Source: Haliotis rufescens (taxonomy: Eukaryota). From it: a stretch of 64,000 bases of DNA. This document shows positions 37,607 to 52,500 of the stretch, piece by piece. How positions within the stretch are numbered: position 1 is the first letter of the stretch; the number at the start of each line of letters is the position of its first letter. The stretch spans positions 7,874,001 to 7,938,000 of the forward strand of contig NW_025963802.1 of the NCBI RefSeq assembly GCF_023055435.1. Reading direction: 5' to 3'. A program made the translations under genes and the position numbers. The notes below the pieces were generated by a model, which was not told the DNA's origin, made no database searches, and saw only the letters and a program-made list of their open reading frames with translations.

Positions 37607-38176
37607 CTCTTGCTTTTGGTAGAAAGTATCATCTGCAGTTCTCTGATCATTTTGTTTAGTTTGTTTCTAATTTTTTTAATGTGAGTATCATACATCATAA
37701 TGTTTACAATCTTTAGAGCTTCTGTTATGAAACAGTTTGACATTTGTAATACTGCTTACAGTGTCACTGGAAAGGTCCATAAGCTAAATGCAATGCTGTG
37801 ATGTTTGATGTTAAACACATTTAAGACATTTAAGACATTAAAGACATTAAATTTAGTTACCATTATCAGGAACTAGGGCATTTTGTGTTTGCTCTTTACT
37901 TGGTGTACCATGTCTACTTATGTGCCTACTCAAAATTTCACTCAAATTTTCAGAATAAAATCAAAATGTAGTCTCACTTTCTTCCTTCTGAAGTGTAATG
38001 TTTTCAAAACAATACTTTTCCAATTAGTTTTCCTTATTTAACGGTAACCCAACTGAAACCTGTTTTTTTTATGATTTAGCTTGTGTTTAAGGTTGTATTT
38101 GTACAAACTTGTTAAAGAGGAAAGATTTTCAAGCACTGTCCAATATCTGAAAGTGACACAATATCAAAAGCTAACA

Positions 38177-38610
38177 TTTAACTCCCCAATCATCTTTGAC
38201 AGAAAATAATTTTTATTTCAAAAATTAAAATTGGGTATTTTGATTCTAATTATTAAATGAATGATTATATACTACTGCCTGGATTCTTTTCAAATTTAGG
38301 ACACTTTCTAAACTAATAGGAGAGGGTCTGTGCGAAGCTTGATTTTGATATGTGGATGTTCTGCAAAAAAACAATTTTCCTCATGTTTTGAACTTAGACA
38401 TAATTTTTACATCAACATTTGTGTGACCTATAACTTGAAAACTGATTCTTTTGAATTGGATGTGCGGTTTCTATACCTTTCGGGGAGATGCAGTGCAAAT
38501 TTTGATTTTGGTAAGTGGATTTTCTGAGAAATACTGCTTTTTTTATGTCTTGAACTTAGAAATATGTTGGATTCGAAGTTGGGGGTGTTAGTGAGCCCTG
38601 CTCACTTTTT
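38177..38610 (+). mobile_element. Possible Helentron-associated non-autonomous element
   Basis: 3' GGGGGTGTTA, palindrome GTGAGCCCTGCTCAC, then T-run; imperfect partner TAACTCCCC near 38179. Confidence 0.35.
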
Positions 38611-39085
38611 GCCTTGTTGTTCTTTACTTAGCTACAAGCTAATCTGTACTCAGCATATTTATTTGAGAGATTGATTTTCCAAAACTTCACAGCATTCCAG
38701 ATTGTATAAAAATTGTAAGTATACTGTTATTGAGTGTTCAATGCCCAGAAATTTCATTTGGAAATGATGTAAGTGTTCACAGCAGTAACAGGGTTTCATT
38801 GTATAAGTGGGTGCATAGTGGATGGGGTAGGTGCTAAATAACACTGATCATAAGATGTCAATGGAAGTGCCAATATGATCATATGTAACCATGGTAACAG
38901 CTTATGTGTTGATTTGATTTTCTGAGGGGAACTGGTCTTTTGGCATGTTTGGATTTTTCTTAAGAAATAAATGTTTTGGAAATTATTGTTTATTTTTTAA
39001 ATTTTGCATTAGGTTTTACAAACAAAACAAGTTGTTTGCTGAAATTGCTGTGTGTCCTAACAAGATGTGTTCTGAATAGCAAGTA

Positions 39086-39345
39086 TGAAGATCCGGGGTA
39101 GAATAGGTCTTCAGCAACCCATGCTTGCCGTAAAAGGTGACTATGCTTGTCGTAAGATGCCACTAATGGGATCGCGTGGTCAGACTCGCGGACTTGGTTG
39201 ATGCATGTGATCGTATCCCAACTGCGTGGATCGATGCCCATGATACCAATCACTGGATTGTCTGGTCCAGACTTGATTATTCATAGACCGCCGTCATCTA
39301 GCTGGAATAGTGCTAGCGTGGCGTTAAACAACAAACAAACAAACA
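39086..39345 (+). mobile_element. SINE (core family)
   Basis: Homology to 23246-23480; (AAAC)n tail. Confidence 0.85.
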
Positions 39346-41616
39346 GAAAATATGATTGTTCGTCTCTCTTCAGAGAAAATAATTCTTTTCCTTGAAGCAG
39401 GGACTGAAAAAAGTCCGTAACAAATATTTAACACCCCATCCTGTATAGTAAATAATAGGGCCCTTACTGCAGTCAGAAGTCATAGTGCATGAGAATGTCA
39501 TTTGGGTATTGTACTAGGTTTTTTTACCTTTTGGTGATAGCATGGAGATGAAAATAGGATGCATGTGTAATGGGTATGTTTAATATTTCTAGATTTGTTT
39601 GAGACTTTGTTACATGTATAAAATATGCAGAGACAATGTGCCATTTATTGATGATTGAAATGTTCTGTGAACTAATTATTTGTGTGTGTTGAGTTTGGTT
39701 GTGGTCTTTAATAAATGAATGTCATGCATAAGAGCAACGATGCAGTGAAATTGCGTCATGAATTGATATGTTAAATCGAGGTAACTATCATTGCACTTAC
39801 TTATTGTAAACACAACATATCGCGCAGATTTTACATAAAGTTTGTGTCACAGACATTCATATTTTCGAATTTTTAAAAATTTAATTTAGCCCTATGCCTA
39901 TCAACCATCTCTTCTGGGGGCTGATTTATGTTTTTTACTCGAGTAATAAGCAGTTATGTACCATCTGATTTTGAGGAATGAATTGTATGCCGTTTTAACT
40001 GTCTATTTCCTCTTGTGTTAAAACCCTACTTCTAACATGTCCAATAAGGCATAAAACTTTTCAGTGTAACTTGATAATTGCAGTGATGTGATAAGAAAAT
40101 GTTCAAATTGTTACCTCTGATTTTCCTGGATTAGGTTGAAGTGTATAATCATTTAAAGTGAATTATGAGCTTTATTAAGATGAACTCTACTTTCTCCCTG
40201 TTGCTCAGTGAGCTAATTCCTGTTCGAATTTCTATTGGAAAGACAAACTTTCAGTATTGTTATTAGGTCTTTTGCTCCAATTGAGTAGCATGATAAAACG
40301 TGTACAGTGTATTGGTTTGTATGTTCCATGTTAAACAATGTGTTCAAAATATAGCCTCTAATGTGGTGATAATACATTTTAGAAGCATATTTGGTCTTTT
40401 GAAGGCCTACCCTTTCATTTGACTATTTAAACAGAACAATTCTTCCTACTTATAATGGTCTAGAGCTATCATTTCACCTATCATTCAGTCTGAGGCACTG
40501 CAATTTACTGTACAGAGCCGCTTCTTGTGCCAGAAACCCCATTCGAGACCAACTTGTGTTATTCCGGGACAAGCCAAATAGTGACTCGTGCCTTCTCGTG
40601 GCCATTTTGGTGACTGGGTTCTGTCTAAGTGCAAATGGGTAAAAGTAAAAGAATTGTCAACTCGTTGCGTAATGATTCACATATATTTCCCCCTCCGGTA
40701 TTGGAGGTTTAAAGTGTATCACAATAGTTTGCGATGCACAAGGCCCTATGGTGAGACGTATCACCATATATTGTATAATTCTAAATTTTGAATTCAGGAG
40801 CAACCTAATACATTAAGGTATGAATTGAAGTTCATAAATGTTCAAGACAAGATGCTGGTACAACATAAAGTTTACTCAGTCAATAAATACAAGCCATTTG
40901 GGGGCCGCGAAGGCATTTGGCAAGTCTATGACATTAAACACATGATAAAAACCGCTATTTGAAATCACTTTATATATTGAGCATGAAAAAATGATATTGT
41001 GATACATGTCACAGAAAGAATGAACCGTAATATACCAATAATACTGGTAATAACGCACACCCTTAGTATGCAGACAAGGTATATTGTTGACCCCTCTACA
41101 GAGCTACTCCAGAAATCAGAAGAAGCATTGCCATACTTTGACATGCCTTCCAACTGTGTTGACATTTTAAAAGCTATTCGTTATGAAGGAGAATATTTGC
41201 ATCTGATTGTATCTATGCAGCACTCCTGCAATTCAAAAGCATTCAATTTCCTAAAGATGTTAAATACCGTTTAGGTAAACAAAAACAAGCTTGTAGTAAC
41301 TATGTGTGACAGATGTTTGGAAGGTGAGCTTCTGTACCTGGGTTCTGGATGTTTTGTTGAACTAAAGGTTGAATCAATAAATGCTTAAAGTTGACAATAT
41401 TTATTGTTTTTGTTTTTTTAATTTTAAGATTACATGTATTATGATCATATCATATCTTAATAATACTTGCAGTATAATTATGGATAATAGGCAGATGTTC
41501 ATACATATTCAGGCTGTTTGACTTGGGCATAGTTGGCTGAATGTGCCATTGTGTCAGAATGTCATGGCTTGTGCATGCTAATTATGAGATTTGTTAGATG
41601 GGTTTAACACATAATA

Positions 41617-42841
41617 CGAGGGCTGGACAAAAAGTTCAAAGTCTGACTACTTTCAAATATGGGCCTAAACAAAGTGAACTAGTCAATGTAGTACATTGTT
41701 TGAGTAGTTCATTGCAAGTGTATTTGGTCTGTTGAGGCTGTTTGTATATTAGTGACAGCCAGTTGAATGTGATAGGGGTCCAAATGGACACAGAAATGGC
41801 AAAGAACAAGTACCGAGCAGTACCGACTGCATGTCACAAGTGTATGGGAATAAGTGCCTAAGCTATTCCACTGTTAAGCATTGGATTGCGAGTTTAAGGC
41901 TGCGAGAACAAGCATGGATGATGACCTCCCTCAACTTCCATCAATGAAGATTCAATCAAGGAAATAGAAAAACTTATACTGTCAGAAAGATGTATTACCA
42001 TTGCTGAACTTGAGGAAGACACAGATCTAAGCCATGGATCCACTGAAACTGTTATTCATGAACATTTAGAGATGAATAAGATATCTGATTGTTGGGTGCG
42101 AAAGTTTCTACATTCTGATCTTCAGGGAAAAAGAACTGACATTGCCAGAGAAAATTTAGAGCTATTAAAGGAGGGTTTCGTCAAATTCAAAAAGAGAATA
42201 GTAACGGGTGATGAAACATGGTTCCACTACTATGATCTCGAGTCAAAACGTCAATCCATGGAATGGCACCATTTCACTTCTCTGGCACCAGAAAATTCAA
42301 ATCTTCAAGATTAGTGAAAAAAGTTATGGCCACTGTATTTTGGGATGCAAGGGTGTGATCCTTGTTGATTACTTAGAAAATCAAAAGACAATTACCGGTG
42401 CTTACTAGGCTGCTTTGCTTCATCACCTGAGAGATTCTATCAAAGAAAAGCGGTGAGGAATGCTGACAGGTGGAGTTCTACAGTTTCATGACAATGCCTC
42501 TTCCACACCTCTTGACTTGCAACAATGTGACAGTGGGTTCAAAGAGCTACCTCACCCTCCATACTCGCCAAACTTGGCACCAAGTGAGTTCCACTTGTTT
42601 CCTAAACTGAAAGACACCGTTGTGAAAAGCTCTATTACGACAACGATGACCTCAAAGCTGCTGTAAATGGATTTTTCAGGGTGGCTTCAGAAAACTTTTT
42701 ATCCGACTGGCATTGAAAAGCTTCACTATCAATATGAGAAATGTATTGAAACAAAGGGAGATTACCTTGAAAACTAAAACTAAAAACTTTAACAATTGTT
42801 GGTTTTGATTGTTAGGCTCAGACCTTTTTGGCCAACCCTCA
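41617..42841 (+). mobile_element. mariner-family (DD34D) transposon relic
   Basis: TIRs CGAGGGCTGGACAAAAAG / CTTTTTGGCCAACCCTCA, TA flanks; IVTGDETWFHYYD, FHDNA, HPPYSPNLAPS; stops and frameshifts. Confidence 0.9.
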
Positions 42842-43209
42842 TATGCCAACATTACAACCAGTAATATCATCAGTAAAATAGCCAATATCTAATCAGGTAA
42901 CCACTACATGGAACAATATTTCCAGTAAAAAGTCAAGCAGGTACATCAAACATGCCATGCCTAACAAAGTCTTCTGAATCATTTACCCAAATAAAGTCGT
43001 TTTTCTGTTAATGTGTAAAATGTCTGTGGGTGACCCTCGGAATGGCCATTGGCTATGATATACATAACAAGCATCTTATGTTGAGCTCAATATGTTAAGG
43101 TGAGCCGAAGTCTACATTTCACATTTTAGACATCTTTTCTGAAACAACTAGTTGTGTCAGTGACACATTATAGTTCAGGACTTCTCTGTTGTTTCCCATA
43201 GTCCACATT

Positions 43210-43520
43210 CTATTTGGACGCCATATCCACCAACACTTTGTAAGTTACCAGGTATTTTGGATAGGCCTGTGTGTAATTAAAGATGACAAACTTTTCAGGT
43301 TTTTTGATATCATCAACAACAGAATCAAAGAGGAATGCTGGGGTGGCCGGATCTAGAGGAGGAGGAACCCCCATACCCTTCTTCCCCTGAGTGTACTCCC
43401 CGGTCAACACGTCCGCTAAGTAGATGTATTTGTAGCCGGCAGAGTCAGGTTGGGAGAACCTATCTTGTGTGGAATAGCTGGCGTCTTTTGCAAAGTAGAC
43501 ACCGTTTCCATATTGGGCGG
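43210..43520 (-). CDS. PARP gene right copy: last exon, catalytic C-terminus
   Basis: AQYGNGVYFAKDASYS…VLTGEYTQG…FDSVVD…QAYPKYLVTY…stop; acceptor CTTTCAG. Confidence 0.92.
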
Positions 43521-46500
43521 CTGAAAGAAAAGAACATGATGTTTAAAGGAGGACGGAGCTCGGTAAATTTTCAGTACCAGCCTGTTGGATTCAAGTAGGT
43601 CAAATACCACAGAGATGTGCCCATGTGTCATAATAGCACTAAGTACAGGGTCTATACTGTTACAAGGTGATTTCCAATTTCAAACGCAGAGGTTAACCCA
43701 TCAATCGGTTTGCACAGAACTAAACTGTGAAACTAGTAAATGACCAAAACAACATCGATGAATAATCAATAAAATATATTTTGAACACAGATTCAGGCTT
43801 ATAATCACAATAGGCAATACAATGGGCCAAATATGTGCTCTCGCGAACGTTTGGAATATTGTCACTGTAGGTTTTGCTGTAAGAGGCCTCTCCTTGCTTG
43901 AATCTAGACTCATGTTGGCAGCTTGTGTGGTGAGGTGAAATGGGGTTTAACGTAGCGTTCAAGATTATTGCACTTATATAGCGACATGCATACAGTGCTA
44001 GACTGCTGAGATACTATACTCCTCACAAAAAGTTAAGCAACAAATCTATTATGTGTCAGTCCATGTTCATATATTCCAATACCTAAAAACTGACTAAAGC
44101 AATACAAAGAAAGAGCACAAACACACATTATCCTCAAAGGGAACTGAAAAGCGTTTTTGCCTAACAGGTTGACAAATGATCAAAAACAGTATCATGAAAA
44201 CAGTCGTGCAAAATGTGCCGCACTGAAAGATGAAAATCTTTAAATTTGAGTTTGTCATTTTGAAACAATGATCCAATGTTCAGTAATGTGTATGTCCACC
44301 ATTGGCTTGAATGCATGCTTCTACACGTCTTGGCATTGACCAGATAAGCCTATCAAGTGTCTGTTGTGGAATGTTCTGCCATTCTCTCCTTAAGGCCTGT
44401 TCAAGTTGAGCCAGATTCTGAGGACGAACATGAAGACCATAAACACGCCTTCCAAGAATGTCCCATGCATGTTCAATGGGATTAAGATCCGGAGACCTTG
44501 CAGGCCAGTCCATATGCATGATGTTGTTGGTCGATGTGGACGAGCATTATCATCCATAAAGATGAACTTAGGACCTGCTTCTTGTGCCAGGGGAATGATC
44601 ACAGGTGTGACAATCTCGACCCTGTGCGGTACTCCAGTCATTGTACCACGTCTGATGACCACCAGATCAGTTCTGTGTCCAACCCTGATGCCAGCCCAGA
44701 TCATCAAACTTCCACCTCCGTACTGGTCGTGTTCAGCAATTGTACAGTTGGCGTATCATTCATTACGGTTTCTCCACACACGTGCCCTACCATCGTTGAA
44801 GTCAAGGCAGAATCTTGACTCGTCTGTGAAGAGAACGTTACGACAACGATTGACCCTCCAGTTACAGCGTTGATTGGCCCAAGCAAGTCTCTGTTGTCGA
44901 TGGTGTGCAGGCAGTGGGATACGTCGTACTGGTCGTCTTGACCTCATATCCTGAGCGTGAAGTCTGTTTCTTACTGTCTGTGTTGAGACTCTGTTTCCTG
45001 CAACTCTCTGAAGGTCATTCTGGAGAGATCTGGCCGTAGTAAACCTGTTTCCCCGGGCTAGGGTGGCTAAATACTGGTCCTCACGAGGAGTTGTCACCCT
45101 TGGACAACCTGTGCGTGGTCTCTCTGTCATCAGTCCAGTTTGATGGTATCGAGTTATCGCTCTTGAGCAACAGGGGGAAAGTAGGGTTGATCTTAACAAA
45201 ACTCATAATCCACGCCAGATGATTCCACAGTGCTGTCTGATTAAGGAGATGATAAGAAACAAGTAAGGTCGAAAAAAGATAATCAAATCGCTCTTTTATA
45301 GAGACAGCCAGCCAGCCTCTTAGAAACCGTCCTATCCGGAAACGTCTCGAATGATCAAGCCTTCCATGTTCATGCATACAATCAGGGTCAGATAACTCCG
45401 CTATCCATATAAAAGTGTCATGTATTCTAGTAACTCCGGTACAAAACCATCCTGAAAGATCTACTCGCTGTGGACTGCGGTTCAAATCCGCCCATGACAG
45501 CAATTATTATTATTATTATTATTATTATGGGGAGTCGGACAACATGGTACTTTGGATGCAAGCGTGACATTTCGAAAGCGAGGTCTGCATATTTGATCTT
45601 GTCAATCACATTACTGTCAAAAGGGACAGAAAATTCAATGATATAAATGATTTCATTGGATATATCAAAAAGGACAAGATCAGGTTTGATGGTCTGGATA
45701 TGTCTGAGGCTGTATACGGGCCTATTCGAAAGGATTTTGTATTTATCATTTTCCATGACAGCCTCTACATATTTCGGTTCGTACCATTGATGGACCTCTG
45801 TGTCAAAACCATAACCATGTCGAAAACGGTAATAACATGGTCAAGTCACTCCATCATGTCGCCACAGATACTGTGTCTGTGCCAAAGCTGGGCATCCACT
45901 CACAATGTGTTGGACAGTCTCATTAAATTCATAATTACATAATCTACATTTCAAATTCACATTTTGATGCAAAAGTGCACAAAACAATTGTGTCATGAAA
46001 AGCCCCAACGTTAATCAAACCACGTCCTCCCGTAATGACTGGTAAATATATTATAAGTGATTGAGGGAAGAGCGAGGGTGGTGGGATCTATTGTCTGACA
46101 TGATTCTTCGTGTGAGGGTGTCAATACCCTGAATTTCTTGTTATGTCTAATCAACAACACCAAAAGAATATGAAAGGACGGGTACAGCATAAGTATTTGT
46201 GGCTTTTACCTTATTGCGAGCGTTCAGATTTTCCAGATTTTCTTAAGTCCAGATTTTGTTTAAGTCTACATTTGTACTCTGCCCGAAGTGTTTTCCTTGA
46301 TATGGGCATTTTAGAGTTTGTCCCTAATCTGCATCCCTAAGTACGTATAGGCCTGACCTTCCATGAGATGGTCAATAACTCCTCCTCCAAGGAAACTGAC
46401 TGATTTTCGCTCTTCTACCTTGGCACGTTTCAGATGAAGAATGTTGCATTTGTCGAGTCCAAAGGACATGTTGATATCATTAGAAAAGGACTCATCTGTT

Positions 46501-49500
46501 TTTTGAGTGTGGATCCTCCATTGGCAATAAGTTCAAGGTCATCGATGTAAATGAGGTGAGTAAGGGGTGTTGGAGATCTGTGCTGAGGAGGTCCAAGATG
46601 ATAACCTTCCTCTTTGCTAAGCAAAAAGCTCAAAGGATTTAATGACAAACAGAAAAGCAAAAGACTGAAAGAAACGCCCTGAAATATTCCTCTTCTAATA
46701 GAAATGGTTTACAAAATCACCACCTGCCACTGTGAATACATCTAAAGTTGACTTGACCAGTAATTCATTAAAGATTTGAGTAAAACAAATAGCCACTCAG
46801 GGAGGTCAATACATTCCAGTGACTTCAAAATTCATTCGTGAGGTACAGAATCATAAGCTTTTCTGTAGTCTATCCAACACATTGAGAGGTTACGGTGGTA
46901 AGTTTTAGCCTCTTTCAGGATCATTTTCTGAACCAGCAATTGATCCTTACAACCCCAACATCCCTTTCTGGATCCTTTCTGCTCCATGTAGATAATGTCA
47001 TTCGAAGCGCAGTACGATGACGAGATCTGTAAGACACCCTGTAAATAGTTTGTACTGTGTTCAAACAAGTAATTGGGCGGAAGCTTTTAGCGTCAGTCAG
47101 ATCACCTTTCTTTGGGAGAAGTATTGTTCACCCTTTGCAGAACAAAGGCGGAACATCCCCTGCATCCACAAGAGAATTAACACAGTGAAGTAATGGCGTT
47201 TGGGCACAAGGGAACTGTTTCCAATACCGGTTTCGAATACCATCAGGCCCTGGCGCCGTATTAGATTTGGACTTTTTAATGACATTTTTTAGGCAATCAG
47301 GTGTAATGAAACACAACAATGGTGAACTTATTTTTGTAATCCTCTACCCATGGTTCATCGAGGTTACAGTTGCCGGGTACAGACCACAACTGTTTCCAAA
47401 ACATTTCACTGGAATCCATGGTGGGTCTTTTCACATCACTCTCATTCCCTGCATTTAATTGCCTGTAAAATTGTTTTTCATGTGATTTAAACAATTTATT
47501 TTGTTTTATGAAATTATTTTTCTTATCCCACTTTCTTTTTTCTTTCTGTCCAAACCTTTAACTTTGCCTTTAGAGAATCAAGAATTTGATTGAGTATTTT
47601 AACCTTTGTTGTCTTGTGTTTTTGTTGTTGTTGTTTTCCAAATTGATTTCTGGCGTTTTGACATAGACTGTCCTGAAGAACGCAGTTTTAAACAAAGTTA
47701 TATCCAAGACACATCTTTCCTTGTTTCATCCAATATAATTTGAAACCGGTTTTTCTTTTGATTTTGTTGTTGTATATTTCCCTTTTGTGGTTCATTTTCT
47801 TTGGACACTTATGTGGTTCCTCCAGTGTTCAGCAGCAGCATACACGCAACAGTTAATGTCATGCAAAGAGCAGTCCGCATTGAGAGTAACAGAAATAAAT
47901 AGAGAATACTACACTCATTCTCGTTAGATACCATTTTTACATGGTAAAAATGGTATCTAACGAGAATGAGTGTGGTATTTTATTTATTACCCACGTTAAA
48001 TATATATTTCAGTGTAAATACATAACAACTTTCGTTTGTTGACAGACCAAACTGAAACCGGTTGCAAAATCTGGTTGCGTATGAATATTGATATATGCCC
48101 AAATATGGGCATTGTTGACATTTCTATGCATATGCATTAACAACATGCGCCTGCAGTTGTGCTTGCAAAGAAAACAGCACCGATGCTCAAGATCCTTTTG
48201 GAAGAAATTCTTCAACTTATGGTAATTCAAGCGCCATGTTATTAGTGCGTAGGACAACTATAAGAAATTTGAAAAGTCACATAAGCGCCGCGCTTTGAAT
48301 ATCGGACCAACAGTCGGTCACTCGCACTGCCAGTGTCCCGTCTGTGCAATCAAAATGGTTCGGTTTCCTTGATCTATCAGCTGAATTCATCATGTTCGTA
48401 CCATTTTGGAAGAGGGAAATCAGAGTGTTCGCCAAAGACATTCATGTAAACTGTACCACCCTATACTGAAGACGTGAAAATCAACAAACTTGTCATGTCA
48501 GTGACAGCTTCGAGCGATCGAAGGGCAAGGTCACCACCGGAATAAGAAAAGACAACCGTGGTCTACTCACAGCTTTTTACGCTAGAGATAGGGAGTGTTA
48601 TTGTTCACATTTGGGATGTTTGGGGCCACAAAATCAGAAGTCAGGCACACTTCCACGGATTTTTCGAAAGATTTGTATCTGGTCGTGCAGTCGTGTACGT
48701 TCATTCATGAACAACACCTCCCGAAACAGCGCCACAAAATACGCTTCGAAAGTGTTACGTGCTGTGTATGCTGTACACATGTCTGGATAGCCATAGCCAA
48801 CTCAGGTTAAAGCATCAACGTTTATTATAACTTGCATTGCAGACATACACCAAGGGAAGCAACTCTTGTCACAAGAGTGCATACCACGTAACATCTCCCT
48901 TCCTTTGAGGAAAACAAATAAAGTAATTAAACCTTTAACTACAGGTACATTAACCCAAGAAATGAGTGACATTACCGAGTCGGTCCATATACTGGGATAC
49001 AGTATGCAGTTCACTATAACATTCCGTTAAAGCACTTTCCCATAATTCCTGAATTAAAGTTCGCTGTCAACTTGCAATGACAAAATTATAAGTTTTAACT
49101 AAACAACATCAGAAACACATTATTATTCCAGTCTTTGGAAAACTGTTAAAGAACACATCCAAGAATTACAAATCAAGCCGTTTAACTGGCTTAACTACTC
49201 TCCCAGACTTTGTCTTGAACATGTCAGATTTTGGAGATGAGGTATTCTTTGGAACATCTCTTGTTGGAATGACAGAATCAGTCTGAGTATTAGAGAGGTT
49301 AGCACTAGACTGAACACATTGCTTATCCTGGATAAGTTCATCATCTCTAGATCTTCTTGGCGACTGGCAGTTTGAGAATGTTGGAATCTCAAGATTAACA
49401 TCATCCTCAACTCTAGACTTTCTGGCAAGACGAAGTTGTTGTCTATTCCGTTTGAAACAGTGACCATTATCAGATCTCACAGAGTAGGTTCTTGGCTTGA

Positions 49501-52500
49501 TCTCATCTGTCACAGTAGCTTCATTCCATTCCTTCCTGCCGGTTTGAATGGGTTGCATTCTGACAGTATCACCAACCTGTAAGCGTTTGAGAGGTCTCTC
49601 AACTACAAGCATCCTTTTGTCTTCAAGTTGTTGCTTGTCATCCGGACCAGAATCATGTTGAATAGTCTTTAACGTACAAGGAACCTGAGTACGTGTTCGG
49701 CGACCAAATAGTCTTTGGGCTGGACTTGTTTGTACGCCTTCGGTCGGTGTATTTCTCACATTCAACAATCCCAGGTAAGGATCCTCTTTAGCAGCTAGAC
49801 ATTTCTTCATCATCCTTTTAGCTACTTTAACGGCAGCTTCGGCAGCACCATTAGCTTTACTGTTACCAGGGCTGGAAGTTTCATGAGAGAAACCCCAAGA
49901 CTGACTGAACTTCTTGAACTTCTCACTGGTATACTGAGGTCCTCCGTCACTGATGACGACTTTAGGTATACCATGACGAGCAAAGTGGTGCTTCAACTTG
50001 GTAACCACAACATCAGAAGTGGTTTCAGGCAGAAAGTCAATTTCAAAGAAATTGCTGTAGTAGTCAGTTGTCACAAGGTAATTCCTACCTTCAATGGTGA
50101 AAATATCAGTTCCCACCTTTTCCCAGGGATGATCAGGAATCTCATGCATAATCAGAGGTTCTGGTGATTGCTTATCACTGAAACGAGCACAAATATCACA
50201 TGACTCGATATACTGTCTTATGTCACTTGACATCAAGGGCCAGAACACAAGTGTCTTTGCACGGCGTAGACAAGAGTTTATCCCCATGTGACCAACATGA
50301 AGTTTTCTCTTGATCTCATCTCTCAATGCAAGTGGGATGACAACTCTAGGTCCAAGAAGAATTATCCCATCTTGAATGGTGAGTTCGTCTCTGTAACTGA
50401 AGTAAGGAGTAAGCTCAGAGGACAGATTCTCCTTATGTGTTGGCCATCCTTCCATTATAGTTGATTTCAACTTGGTGAGGGTTTCATCAGATGCAGTTGC
50501 AACTCTAATGTCATTCATGAGCTTGTCCTTGATCGGGAGATGATAGACATTATTCACATACACAGTTTCAGAGGAAGGTTTGTCAGGCAATGGCGCTCTG
50601 GAAAGTGTATCAGCAATAGGAATAGCTGTTCCAGGTAGATACTGAAGATCGAACACATATCGCTGGGTCCTCAGTAGCAATGACTGCAGTCTATTGGGAG
50701 CTCTAGACAAGGGCTTCTTGACGATAGACACTAGTGGCTTGTGATCAGTTATCACAGTTACACTTCTACCATATGTGTAATGGTGGAATTTCTCAAGACC
50801 AAAGGTCACGGCGAGCATTTCCTTTTCTATCTGAGCAAATCTTTGCTCAGTGTCAGTTAGCGAGCGACTGGCATAAGCGACAGGCTTTCCCTCCTGCATT
50901 AGTACTGAGCCAATGCCATGTTCACACGCATCATTCTCAACTGTCAGCTCTTTCTCTGGATCATAATATGACAATACAGGTGCCTTGGTAACCATGTCCT
51001 TAACCTTTTGGAAGGATTCCTGTTGAGAACTGGACCATGTCCAGGCAACATCCTTTCTTACAAGGTTACGCAGAGGAGCTAGCACATCAGTTAAGTTTGG
51101 CAAGAACTTGGACAAGTAGTTCACAAGACCAAGGTAACGTCGAAGTTCTTCAAGATTTGTTGGTGGAACCATGTTTTGAATTGCTCGGACCTTCTCGGGG
51201 TCAGACTTCAAACCATCTTTGTTTATCAAATGTCCCATGAAGGTGATTTCACTCAATCGCAGTTCAAGTTTTGATGGGTTCAGCTTGATATGGCTCTCGC
51301 GACATCTTGCTAGAAATGCTTCAAGATGAGCATCATGTTCTTCTAGGTTCCGACCATGAATCAGCACATCGTCAGCAATACAGACAACACCTGGTAGTCC
51401 ATCAAGGGCTTGAATCAACTTCTTTTGGAAGATTTCTGACGACACAGAAAGACCAAATGGCAACCTGAGAAATCGATAACGACCAAAACAAGTTTGAAAG
51501 GTCGTAAGAAGACTTGACTCCTCATCGAGTTGGACATGCCAGTATCCAGATGACAAGTCAGCTTTGGAGAAAACTCTAGACTTCCCTAGCTCATGTAGGG
51601 TATCTTCAAGCACAGGCAGAGTGTAATGCTCTCTACAAAGGGCTTTGTTTAGTTCTTGCGGATCCAAACAAATTCGAAGTTCACCTGATTTCTTTTGCGT
51701 AATTGCGATTTGGTTTACCCAGGGGGTTGGCTCACTGACAGGCGCAATCACACCTAACTTCTCCAGTCTGTCTAACTCAGTGTTCAACTTTGAGCGCAGT
51801 GCAACAGGAACACGACGGTTTGGCATCACAACTGGTCTCACCGCACTATCAACTGACAGATGAACAACACCACTAAAAGTACCAAGTTTACCGTCCAGCA
51901 CATCACTGAACTTTTCAGTAACTTCAATATTGGCAACACGTTCAATATTCTTCTCATGAATTGTGACTAAGTTCATGAGTGTAACAGTTTTGACACCTAG
52001 GAGAGGTACAAAGTTCTCTTGCACAACAACAAATTCAACAGAATACTTTTTCTTGTTAGCAGGATTCTGAACAAGAATGTTTAGGCAACCAAGAGGAGTG
52101 ACGTCAGTCTCATTCCACATCTTCAACTTTTTAGTTGTAGGTTTCAGACTCTTCAACTTGTCCTGGACAATAGAAGACGGAATGATATTAACAGCAGCAC
52201 CAGGATCAATAGTGAAGACGACATCTCTTCCCTCCACGGTCATTCTACATTTAGCAGGCTTGTCCGTGTTTGAATCTTCATGCACAGAATTTATCCAATC
52301 TTCATCTGGAAGCTCAACATTGTTGACTTTGCTGTATTGCTTCTTACTGGGACACTTTGGTGCAAAATGATTCAGCTGGTGACACTTCGTGCACTTTTTT
52401 CCCCATGCAGGACAACTTTTACGAGCCATGATATGAGAATAACCACAGAATTTACAGTCTCTTTCACGCTGAGATTGAGGTCTCTGACTTCTCGATGGAG

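Noticed and set aside
40488-41340. Possible exons of a separate plus-strand gene
   Set aside because: Short open stretches without recognisable motifs or a consistent splice chain.
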